A stretch of 7,016 bases of DNA from Vibrio cholerae ATCC 14035 (GTDB taxonomy: Bacteria; Pseudomonadota; Gammaproteobacteria; Enterobacterales; Vibrionaceae): positions 1 to 7,016 of the forward strand of contig NZ_JHXR01000046.1 of NCBI RefSeq assembly GCF_000621645.1, given 5' to 3'. The translations under genes were made by a program, and so were the position numbers. The notes beneath the pieces are model-generated. The model saw nothing but the letters and a program-made list of their open reading frames with translations. It did not search any database and had not been told where the DNA came from. Positions 1 to 5,975 of the stretch are shown here, piece after piece (the first letter of the stretch is position 1; every line of letters begins with the position of its first letter).

Positions 1-10
1 GGCGTTAGTT
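1..10 (+). repeat. attC (3' end only, R' core GTTAGTT); truncated by the window edge
   Basis: The window opens with GGCGTTAG, identical to the 3' terminus (..GGCGGGCGTTAG) of the complete VCRs at 3136-3150 and 6921-6931. Confidence 0.8.
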
Positions 11-412
11 TCTATCAAGAAAAATCATCAAAAGCTCAGGTTCAACGTTTTGAAAAATCAGCTTTCAAGTTGTCCGACTTGGTTTTTGAGTTTCAGGCTG
101 ATGTTGCATTGGTAGAAAGTGTTGGAAGTTCAACAGTTTCAAAATTGCTGAAAATCAGCAAGCCTCGAAGCTTCAATGTTGTTGGATTTTCCACACGGTC
201 AGTTTGGTTTCACAAATAGCTGCATCATCGCTGTGATCTGGCTTTCTTTGTCGCCGACTCTTAACCGAGGCCAACTTAACCTTGATCGTTTTAAGTTTTG
301 GCTGCCAACTTCACAGCTTTTGGTGTTGGACGTGTGCTTGTTCGATGCATTTGCGTAAAATGACTTTCAAGCAAATGTGTTAAAAAAGTCATTGCTAAAC
401 AATAGGCTACGA
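11..412. other. Cassette body without a supportable ORF (paralog of 3151-3557); possible ncRNA cassette or decayed gene
   Basis: Aligns almost without gaps by eye to 3151-3557. Conserved blocks include TCTGGCTTTCTTTGTCGC, AGTTTGGTTTCACAAA and AGCAAGCCTCGA. The track ORFs 176-358 and 3314-3550 use different frames over the homologous sequence. No ATG-initiated ORF is conserved on either strand. Confidence 0.45.
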
Positions 413-542
413 AACTAACAAACGCCTCAAGAGGGACTGTCAACGCGCGGCGTTTCCAGTCCCATTGAGCCGCGGTGGTTTCGGTGGTTTGTGTTTGGGT
501 TTGGTTGTTATGCGTTGTCAGCCCCTTAGGCGGGCGTTATGC
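413..542 (+). repeat. attC site, VCR family (belongs to cassette 5-536)
   Basis: The site runs R'' AACTAAC, then AAACGCCTCAAGAGGGACTGTCAACGCG...CCCCTTAGGCGGGC, then R' GTTATGC. GAAACTAA at 411-418 is the reverse complement of the cassette start TTAGTTTC at 5-12. Confidence 0.9.
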
Positions 543-557
543 CTTTTGGGAGACAAT

Positions 558-1031
558 ATGCAGTTTTACAAAGCAGATGAATATCAGGCATCTTGTGAAA
601 ACCTGTATCGTAAGTACGAACTTGAGATAGCTGCTTTACTTCCAGATGCATCTATTGAGCATATTGGAACTTCCTCTATTCCTAATGCTGTATCTAAAGG
701 TGACCTAGACATACTTGTTGGTGTTAACGGCAAGGAACTAGAAAATGCAGTAAAGTTACTTTCTACTCTAGGTTTCAACGAAAAATCCGATACGTTAAGA
801 ACTCCGGAGCTTTGCATGCTGGAAAATAGCTCAGGTGAGGATGTCGCTTTTCAAGTTGTAGCTAATGGTTCGGAATTTGAGTTTTTTGTGGGGTTTAGAG
901 ACAAACTCCGTAAAAATCCTGAGTTAGTTCAACGATACAATGAGCTGAAAATATCTTGTACAGGTTGGTCTCACGAAGAGTATCGTCGGAAAAAATCAGC
1001 TTTTATTGAGCGCGTGTTAGGGCAGGCATAA
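558..1031 (+). CDS. GrpB/UPF0157 family (nucleotidyltransferase-fold) protein, 157 aa
   Basis: Motifs IEHIGTSSIPNAVSKGDLDILVGV and FRDKLRKNPELVQRYNELK fit the GrpB pattern (IEHIGST..P....KP.IDI, FRD.LR..P.....Y..LK). The first ATG outside the attC is at 558. The track start at 465 lies inside the VCR. The stop TAA (1029-1031) is embedded in the next R'' core. Confidence 0.8.
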   Translation: MQFYKADEYQASCENLYRKYELEIAALLPDASIEHIGTSSIPNAVSKGDLDILVGVNGKELENAVKLLSTLGFNEKSDTLRTPELCMLENSSGEDVAFQVVANGSEFEFFVGFRDKLRKNPELVQRYNELKISCTGWSHEEYRRKKSAFIERVLGQA

Positions 1032-1151
1032 CAAACTGTTTAAGAGTGATTCGCAACGCGTGGCATTTTTACTATGCGTTGGTTTTATTGATTAAGGTGG
1101 TATGCGGAAGCATCGGTATTGCGTTGCTCACACCTTAACAGGGCGTTATGC
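1026..1151 (+). repeat. attC site, variant family B (non-VCR)
   Basis: The site runs R'' GCATAAC, then AAACTGTTTAAGAGTGATTCGCAACGCG...GCGTTGCTCACACCTTAACAGGGC, then R' GTTATGC. It has the VCR architecture, but the L''/L' arms are CTGTT/AACAG rather than CGCCT/AGGCG. GGCATAA is complementary to the cassette start TTATGCC at 537-543. Confidence 0.88.
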
Positions 1152-1179
1152 CACAGCCAGAAAATATGGAGAAAAGGAA

Positions 1180-1806
1180 ATGGATCTTAATTCACTACTA
1201 CTGTTTATAGTCGCTTGTCTTGCTATCAATATGATACCAGGGCCAGACGTTATCTATATTGTTTCAAACACAATGAAAGGTAAGTTGGTCACTGGGTTCA
1301 AAGCTGCAATGGGACTTGGTGTAGGTTATTTTGTTCATACTTTAGCAGCTTCATTAGGATTATCTGCAATTATCCTCAGCTCAGCGGTAGCTTTTAGCGC
1401 AGTCAAATGGTTGGGTGCTGCTTATCTAGTCTATTTGGGTGTTCAGTCGTTACTTTCAATGTGGCGTGGGGGTAGCACATTGAAAGTAAGTGAAAGCGTT
1501 GAAAGTGACAAAAATGTATTTGTACAAGGCGTAATTGTTAGTGTATTAAACCCGAAAGTTGCACTGTTCTTCCTTTCGTTCCTGCCTCAGTTTATTGACA
1601 CATCATCAGGTTCGGCTTCGATGCAATTATTGTGGCTTGGTTTGTTATTTAGCGTACTGGCTACAATGTGTAATATCCTGTATGCGTCAGTAGGTAGTTG
1701 GGGCTTTAGTCGCCCGAATTCTCAGCGCTACTCGCGAGGGCTAGAGGGCGTATCTGGTGTTTTACTTATTGGGCTAGCAAGCAAAGTTGCGATCAGCGAT
1801 CGCTAG
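1180..1806 (+). CDS. LysE/RhtB family amino-acid (homoserine/threonine-type) exporter, 208 aa
   Basis: The N-terminus is MDLNSLLLFIVACLAINMIPGPDVIYIVSNTMKGK..G, a PGP-containing first helix typical of LysE/RhtB. The protein has multiple hydrophobic helices and a length of about 208 aa. GGAGAAAAGGAAATG supplies an SD-like purine run. The track start at 1102 lies inside attC-B. Confidence 0.85.
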   Translation: MDLNSLLLFIVACLAINMIPGPDVIYIVSNTMKGKLVTGFKAAMGLGVGYFVHTLAASLGLSAIILSSAVAFSAVKWLGAAYLVYLGVQSLLSMWRGGSTLKVSESVESDKNVFVQGVIVSVLNPKVALFFLSFLPQFIDTSSGSASMQLLWLGLLFSVLATMCNILYASVGSWGFSRPNSQRYSRGLEGVSGVLLIGLASKVAISDR

Positions 1807-1808
1807 TG

Positions 1809-1932
1809 GCATAACAAACAATTCAAGCAGACCCTCAACGCTCGGCGATTTTGGTTTGCGTCGGGTTTGGCGTTGCCGAGCAATGCGGTAGGTGAGCCAG
1901 GGCGTTTCGGGCTACTTAATTGGGCGTTATGA
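1809..1932 (+). repeat. attC site, variant family C (non-VCR)
   Basis: The site runs R'' GCATAAC, then AAACAATTCAAGCAGACCCTCAACGC...GGGCTACTTAATTGGGC, then R' GTTATGA. The L''/L' arms are CAATT/AATTG. GGCATAA is complementary to the cassette start TTATGCC at 1146-1152. Confidence 0.85.
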
Positions 1933-1946
1933 ATAAAGGAGATAGT

Positions 1947-2627
1947 GTGGAAAAATGTTACATGTGCGATGCAGAGGGAAACACTAAGGAGCATGTACCT
2001 CCTAAATGTATATTTCCTGAGGCAAAAGATGTTCCAAGTGGGGATAATTATAAAAAGAACCTTATAACTGTTCGCTCTTGTGAGAAACATAATACGGCAA
2101 AGTCAAAAGATGACGTATATCTATTGTTCTTTTTAGCAGCTAATGTTGTGTCAAACGATCTTGCTCAGACGCAGTTTGGCACGAAAATTATGAGAGCAGT
2201 AAATAGAACACCTCATGTATTTGCTCAGTTCGCTAAGAAAAATACACCAGTAACTCTTAAAGGTGAAAATGGTGAATTGATTCATACTGCTGCCATTGAA
2301 ATTGATCGTGCTCGATTTGATGCTGCAATTGAACATATTTCTCATGCATTGCATTACCACAAGTATGGAGAGACATTTATTGGTGATATTCAGGTTATTA
2401 CCAGTGGGTTGGTGGACCTATCAAGTATCGATAGTGTGGAGGTAAACGATAGAATTCAAAACTTTGGTCAAATGGTTGATGAGCTGTTAGCTGATGTAGA
2501 ACCTGAAGGTGATAACCCTGAAGTATTCACTTATAAGGTGTTAAAAACAGATGAACCTCATCAAGTCATTATCCAGATGAATTTTTATGGTGGTTTTAAG
2601 ATCGTTTCGATCATGAAGTACTCTTAA
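1947..2627 (+). CDS. HNH (beta-beta-alpha-Me) nuclease-motif protein with an uncharacterised C-terminal domain of about 170 aa
   Basis: The N-terminus reads C-Y-M-C...EHVPPK...NLITVRSC-E-K-H-N-TAKSKDD, giving CxxC...(E)H...N...CxxH spacing typical of an HNH zinc-finger nuclease core (nt 1956-2093). The GTG at 1947 follows AAGGAG (1936-1941). An in-frame ATG at 1929 lies inside the R' core and an ATG at 1962 is also possible, so the start is uncertain by up to 18 nt. Confidence 0.7.
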   Translation: MEKCYMCDAEGNTKEHVPPKCIFPEAKDVPSGDNYKKNLITVRSCEKHNTAKSKDDVYLLFFLAANVVSNDLAQTQFGTKIMRAVNRTPHVFAQFAKKNTPVTLKGENGELIHTAAIEIDRARFDAAIEHISHALHYHKYGETFIGDIQVITSGLVDLSSIDSVEVNDRIQNFGQMVDELLADVEPEGDNPEVFTYKVLKTDEPHQVIIQMNFYGGFKIVSIMKYS

Positions 2628-2634
2628 CCAATAT

Positions 2635-2760
2635 TCATAACAAACTGTTCAAGAGGGATTCGCAACGCGTGGCATTTTTACTATGCGTTGAATTTAGTGG
2701 TTAAGGTGGTATGCGGCGGCTTCGGTATTGCATTGCTCACCCCTTAACAGGGCGTTAACT
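2635..2760 (+). repeat. attC site, variant family B
   Basis: The site runs R'' TCATAAC, then AAACTGTTCAAGAGGGATTCGCAACGCG...CTCACCCCTTAACAGGGC, then R' GTTAACT. TTCATAA is complementary to the cassette start TTATGAA at 1927-1933. Confidence 0.88.
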
Positions 2761-2806
2761 GGCAAAATGGAAATGCCAAAAGCATCTGAGCAAAAGGAGT
2801 TTGCAA

Positions 2807-2968
2807 ATGTTTCGTTGTGGGCAATGCCGTCATTTCGAAAGAGCTAAAAATAATCTCAAGGATCTTTGTGGTGCTTGGGAACAACCTACGACTGCAACGC
2901 GTGAAGCTTGCGGATTTTTTATGCTCAGAAAACCAGCCCGAGATGTGAAAACACCAAATGAAGAGTAG
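2807..2968 (+). CDS. Small Cys-rich hypothetical protein, 53 aa (MFRCGQCRHF...; CxxC plus two further Cys), copy 1
   Basis: It is below the track's size cutoff. A strong SD, AAGGAG (2794-2799), lies 7 nt upstream of the ATG. A second copy sits at 5761-5922. All 4 nucleotide differences between the copies (2881, 2920, 2947, 2959) fall on third codon positions and are synonymous in this frame. All 4 are non-synonymous in the antisense 102-aa track ORF. Confidence 0.75.
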   Translation: MFRCGQCRHFERAKNNLKDLCGAWEQPTTATREACGFFMLRKPARDVKTPNEE

Positions 2969-3021
2969 AGTAATTTTCTTTGTGTTGGTTAAAAGTGCAG
3001 TGAAAATCATAAGCACCGGCC

Positions 3022-3150
3022 AGTTAACAAACGCCTCAAGAGGGACTGTCAACGCGTGGCGTTTCCAGTCCCATTGAGCCGCGGTGGTTTCGGCTGTTGT
3101 GTTTGAGTTTAGTGGTAATGCGTTGCCAGCCCCTTAGGCGGGCGTTAGCT
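3022..3150 (+). repeat. attC site, VCR family
   Basis: The site runs R'' AGTTAAC, then the VCR consensus, then R' GTTAGCT. AGTTAA is complementary to the cassette start TTAACT at 2755-2760. Confidence 0.92.
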
Positions 3151-3557
3151 TCTTAAAGCAAAAATCATCAAACTCTGGGTTTAATTGTCCTGAAAATTCA
3201 GATATTAGTGTTCAAATTGCACAATTTGGCTTTTGAACTTTTCTTGATGCTGATTTGGTCGAACGTGTTGAAAGTTCAGTGGGTTCAAAGTCGCTGAAAA
3301 CTAGCAAGCCTCGATGCTTCAAAGTTGTTGGATGTTCAACACTCAAAGTTTGGTTTCACAAAAGGCTGCATTATCTCTGTGTTCTGGCTTTCTTTGTCGC
3401 GGATTCTTAACCGTGGTCAACTTAGCCTTGAGCGCTTTGAGTTTTGGCAGCCAACTTCACAGCTTTTGGCTCTGGACGTGTGTTTGTGTGATGCATTTGC
3501 GTAGAATACATTTCAAGAAAATGTATTTAAAAATCATTGTTAAACAATAGGCTACGA
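3151..3557. other. Cassette body without a supportable ORF (paralog of 11-412)
   Basis: See 11-412. The 78-aa track ORF (3314-3550) is not frame-conserved with the 60-aa ORF in the paralog. Confidence 0.45.
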
Positions 3558-3686
3558 AGCTAACAAACGCCTCAAGAGGGACTGTCAACGCGTGGCGTTT
3601 CCAGTCCCATTGAGCCGCGGTGGTTACGGTTGTTGTGATTGAGTTTAGTGGTAATGCGTTTCCAGCCCCTTAGGCGGGCGTTAGGT
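3558..3686 (+). repeat. attC site, VCR family
   Basis: The site runs R'' AGCTAAC, then the VCR consensus, then R' GTTAGGT. GAAGCTAA is complementary to the cassette start TTAGCTTC at 3145-3152. Confidence 0.92.
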
Positions 3687-3718
3687 GAATGGTCAGTGGA
3701 TTGAACAAGGACAGTTTT

Positions 3719-4114
3719 ATGAAATGGTTTTTAGCTTTTTGGCTTGTTCTCGCAAGCTTTTTTTCGGTCGGCTTGCATGCCAATGACTCCGTTTTACAAC
3801 AAGCTTATAAATCGCAACAAAGTGATCTACAGGTTCAAGGATTCGGAAAGGTAGTGAAAGTGTTACCTGATGACAATGATGGTTCAAAGCATCAAAAATT
3901 CATCTTAAAGCTCAATAGCGGACAAACATTGCTGGTTGCTCATAACATCGACTTAGCACCGAGAATTCCAAACTTACAGGTTGGTGACAGTGTTGAGTTT
4001 TATGGTGAATACGAATGGAACAAAAAGGGTGGAGTTCTTCACTGGACTCATAAAGATCCTCAAAATCGTCATGCTCATGGTTGGTTGAAACACAATGGGC
4101 AGGTGTACGAGTAA
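3719..4114 (+). CDS. Secreted DUF3465-family protein, 131 aa, with an N-terminal signal peptide
   Basis: MKWFLAFWLVLASFFSVGLHA|ND looks like a Sec signal peptide. The core DDNDGSKHQKFILKL.SGQTLLVAHNIDLAPRIP.L.VGD.V.FYGEYEWNKKGGVLHWTHKDP...H..GW matches the conserved DUF3465 pattern as I recall it. AAGGA at 3707-3711 precedes the ATG at 3719. The track start at 3689 directly abuts the attC. Confidence 0.8.
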   Translation: MKWFLAFWLVLASFFSVGLHANDSVLQQAYKSQQSDLQVQGFGKVVKVLPDDNDGSKHQKFILKLNSGQTLLVAHNIDLAPRIPNLQVGDSVEFYGEYEWNKKGGVLHWTHKDPQNRHAHGWLKHNGQVYE

Positions 4115-4118
4115 ATTC

Positions 4119-4247
4119 ACCTAACAAACGCCTCAAGAGGGACTGTCAACGCGTAGCGTTTCCAGTCCCATTGAGCCGCGGTGGTTACGGTTGCTGTGTT
4201 TCAGTTTAGTGGTAATGCGTTGCCAGCCCCTTAGGCGGGCGTTATGC
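4119..4247 (+). repeat. attC site, VCR family
   Basis: The site runs R'' ACCTAAC, then the VCR consensus, then R' GTTATGC. TCACCTAA is complementary to the cassette start TTAGGTGA at 3681-3688. Confidence 0.92.
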
Positions 4248-4541
4248 GCCGAATATTGGGTTCACATCCATGCTCTTATGAAGAATTCGGATCACCCTGA
4301 TTTGTTGGCTGCCGGTTTGCTGATAAAAGATGACGTGACTCCCTTGGGGAAATTTTCTGTATCCCTCTCGGATTTCATCGCATGATTTACCAATGTCGGG
4401 ATTTTCCGCTAAAAGCCAAAAGGAATCATCGAATTGCTTTAAATAAACATTTCGCTGCTCTTTTCCCCAGCGTCGTTGAGTGAATAAAGCAATATCACGT
4501 AAATCGGCTTTGGCGGCGACGGTAAGATTAAATGGTTTCAT
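4242..4541 (-). CDS. parE: ParE-family type II toxin (RelE/ParE superfamily), 99 aa
   Basis: MKPFNLTVAAKADLRDIALFTQRRWGKEQRNVYLKQF......NPDIGK.CDEIREGYRKFPQGSHVIFYQ......IRVIRILHKSMD is a typical ParE sequence. Its ATG overlaps the upstream antitoxin stop by 4 nt (ATGA, 4538-4541). It is antisense to the array, as is usual for superintegron TA cassettes. Confidence 0.9.
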   Translation of the reverse strand: MKPFNLTVAAKADLRDIALFTQRRWGKEQRNVYLKQFDDSFWLLAENPDIGKSCDEIREGYRKFPQGSHVIFYQQTGSQQIRVIRILHKSMDVNPIFGA

Positions 4542-4780
4542 CGAATGTTTTCACTATCGAGTTCATTGATGAAGCTATCAAGGTCATAATCAGCGTCACC
4601 ACTTTGCTCTCCTTCAATAAGTAGTTGACGGAGTGACTGTAGTTTGGTTTCTTGGTTTTCGAGTAGACGTAGCGCAGAGCGAATGACTTCACTTGCTGAG
4701 CCGTAACGCCCACTTTGTATTTGGCTTGTAATAAAGCCATCGAAGTGTTCACCAAGAGTGATACTTGTATTTTTAGCCAT
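4538..4780 (-). CDS. parD: ParD-family type II antitoxin (ribbon-helix-helix, COG3609-like), 80 aa
   Basis: MAKNTSITLGEHFDGFITSQIQSGRYGSASEVIRSALRLLE is the ParD RHH N-terminus and is followed by an acidic C-terminus. It is translationally coupled to parE. GGAG lies 8 nt upstream of the ATG. Confidence 0.9.
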   Translation of the reverse strand: MAKNTSITLGEHFDGFITSQIQSGRYGSASEVIRSALRLLENQETKLQSLRQLLIEGEQSGDADYDLDSFINELDSENIR

Positions 4781-4796
4781 GAGCTCATCTCCATAA

Positions 4797-4842
4797 ATAC
4801 CAAAAAGTACCTAATTATGGTATCAAATGGCATTTTGGGCAA
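4797..4842 (-). promoter_or_regulatory. Putative parDE sigma70 promoter with an overlapping inverted-repeat operator
   Basis: On the minus strand, TTGCCC (4842-4837) is followed by a 17-nt spacer and then CATAAT (4819-4814). The inverted repeat ATACCA (4797-4802) / TGGTAT (4818-4823) overlaps the -10 element, as expected for antitoxin autorepression. This comes from pattern matching only. Confidence 0.5.
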
Positions 4843-4847
4843 GGCGC

Positions 4848-4975
4848 GCATAACAAACGCCTCAAGCGGGACTGTCAACGCGTGGCGTTTCCAGTCCCAT
4901 TGAGCCGCGGTGGTTTCGGTTGTTGTGATTGAGTTTAGTGTTATGCGTTGCCAGCCCCTTAGGCGGGCGTTATGT
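4848..4975 (+). repeat. attC site, VCR family
   Basis: The site runs R'' GCATAAC, then the VCR consensus, then R' GTTATGT. GCGCATAA is complementary to the cassette start TTATGCGC at 4242-4249. Confidence 0.92.
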
Positions 4976-5008
4976 GCCATTTCAAACATTTAGGAATATT
5001 AGGACAAA

Positions 5009-5587
5009 ATGAGTGTAGAGTTAACATCTGCTGTATTTGCAAGCGACATTGTAGAATTCAAAGAAAACAACGATAAAAATAGTATCATCCAGCTTGTGAA
5101 GCATAGATATGATGAGCGATTTATCAATCCATTCAGAGATAATTCTCAAAAACATGGCTTTGCGATGATGGCTGTATGCTGCTTAATGGTTGAATCACTA
5201 ATATCTATGAAGCGAGGTATTAATGAAACTTCAGATGCAAGAAATGAGCAGGGTCACAAGATATACTCAGGTGAACTATTCGAAGAGTTTTTTAGCGAGT
5301 CTTCATATTTTTGTGGTTTTTCTGGGTTAGGTAGGGATTTCTATAAACATATTCGCTGTGGAATTCTACATCAAGCTGAAACTACAGGTGGGTGGAGAAT
5401 TAGAAGAAAAGGTGAACTTGTTGATAAAAATGAAAAGATAATAAATGCAACTAAGTTCATGAATGCATTGGAAAGTGAATTGAATGCCTATCTACACAAA
5501 TTAGAAATAGAAGATTTTACGGATCTTGTATGGGTTAACCTGCTTAAGAAAATAGATTTTATTGCTTCCAATGCAGTCGGCGACTAG
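5009..5587 (+). CDS. Hypothetical protein, 192 aa, apparently all-alpha, with an Rx4H motif (possible HEPN-like RNase; speculative)
   Basis: It is a clean ORF filling the cassette, with AGGA at 5001-5004 upstream of the ATG. I recognise no family. The motif FYKHI-R-CGIL-H-QAET (R116..H121, nt 5354-5371) fits the Rx4-6H signature of HEPN domains in a helix-rich protein of appropriate size. Confidence 0.6.
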   Translation: MSVELTSAVFASDIVEFKENNDKNSIIQLVKHRYDERFINPFRDNSQKHGFAMMAVCCLMVESLISMKRGINETSDARNEQGHKIYSGELFEEFFSESSYFCGFSGLGRDFYKHIRCGILHQAETTGGWRIRRKGELVDKNEKIINATKFMNALESELNAYLHKLEIEDFTDLVWVNLLKKIDFIASNAVGD

Positions 5588-5588
5588 C

Positions 5589-5714
5589 ACATAACAAACT
5601 GTTTAAGAGTGATTCGCAACGCATGGCATTTTGACTATGCGTTGCGTTTAGTGTTTAAGGTGGTATGCGGAGGCTTCGGTATTGCGTTGCTCACACCTTA
5701 ACAGGGCGTTAACT
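5589..5714 (+). repeat. attC site, variant family B
   Basis: The site runs R'' ACATAAC, then AAACTGTTTAAGAGTGATTCGCAACGCA...CTCACACCTTAACAGGGC, then R' GTTAACT. GCACATAA is complementary to the cassette start TTATGTGC at 4970-4977. Confidence 0.88.
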
Positions 5715-5760
5715 GGCAAAATGGAAATGCCAAAAGCATCTGAGCAAAAGGAGTTTGCAA

Positions 5761-5922
5761 ATGTTTCGTTGTGGGCAATGCCGTCATTTCGAAAGAGCTA
5801 AAAATAATCTCAAGGATCTTTGTGGTGCTTGGGAGCAACCTACGACTGCAACGCGTGAAGCTTGCGGATTTTTCATGCTCAGAAAACCAGCCCGAGATGT
5901 AAAAACACCAAACGAAGAGTAG
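5761..5922 (+). CDS. Small Cys-rich hypothetical protein, 53 aa, copy 2 (protein identical to 2807-2968)
   Basis: It has the same SD and ATG context as copy 1. It differs from copy 1 only by 4 synonymous third-position changes. Confidence 0.75.
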   Translation: MFRCGQCRHFERAKNNLKDLCGAWEQPTTATREACGFFMLRKPARDVKTPNEE

Positions 5923-5975
5923 AGTAATCTTCTTTGTGTTGGTTAAAAGTGCAGTGAAAATCATAAGCACTGGCC

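Noticed and set aside
176-358. The 60-aa plus-strand ORF, and the 78-aa ORF at 3314-3550, as protein genes
   Set aside because: The two paralogous cassettes read the homologous DNA in different frames, for example TGG CTT TCT TTG TCG against GGC TTT CTT TGT CGC. Neither ORF has an SD, and the peptides are low-complexity and Cys/Leu/Phe-rich.
465-557. N-terminal extension of the GrpB ORF (track start 465, MSRGGFGGLCLGLVVMRCQPLRRAL...)
   Set aside because: This stretch is translation of the VCR itself. The same VVMRCQPLRRAL peptide reappears in ORF 4191-4385. The extension has no SD and crosses the cassette boundary at 536/537. The true start is the first ATG after the attC, at 558.
584-817. 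Antisense ORFs within real genes (584-817, 2151-2360, 3912-4136, 4715-4903)
   Set aside because: Each is fully nested antisense to a gene with recognisable family motifs or a better start context. None has an SD or a recognisable motif.
1102-1179. N-terminal extension of the LysE ORF (track start 1102)
   Set aside because: It lies inside the family B attC and crosses the cassette boundary. LysE-family proteins begin at the MDLNSLLLF... hydrophobic helix, which has an upstream purine-rich SD.
1803-2090. The 95-aa minus-strand ORF
   Set aside because: It spans the family C attC and runs antisense to the 5' end of the HNH gene, crossing a cassette boundary.
2744-3052. The 102-aa minus-strand ORF, and its twin at 5698-6006
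   Set aside because: Both ends run into the flanking attC sites. All four inter-copy substitutions are non-synonymous in this frame but synonymous in the plus-strand 53-aa ORF, which also has a strong SD.
3022-3150. attC hairpins as Rho-independent terminators
   Set aside because: The dyad symmetry spans the whole repeat of about 125 bp, with a large variable central region. No U-tract follows the stem, and the structure is explained by attC function. A partial terminator effect cannot be excluded, but the sequence does not support one.
4191-4385. The 64-aa plus-strand ORF
   Set aside because: It starts inside the VCR (the VVMRCQPLRRAL repeat peptide) and then runs antisense to the well-supported parE gene.
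4528-4989. The 153-aa minus-strand ORF
   Set aside because: It overlaps parD in a different frame and reads straight through the VCR at 4848-4975. It is an artefact of the open frame in the repeat.
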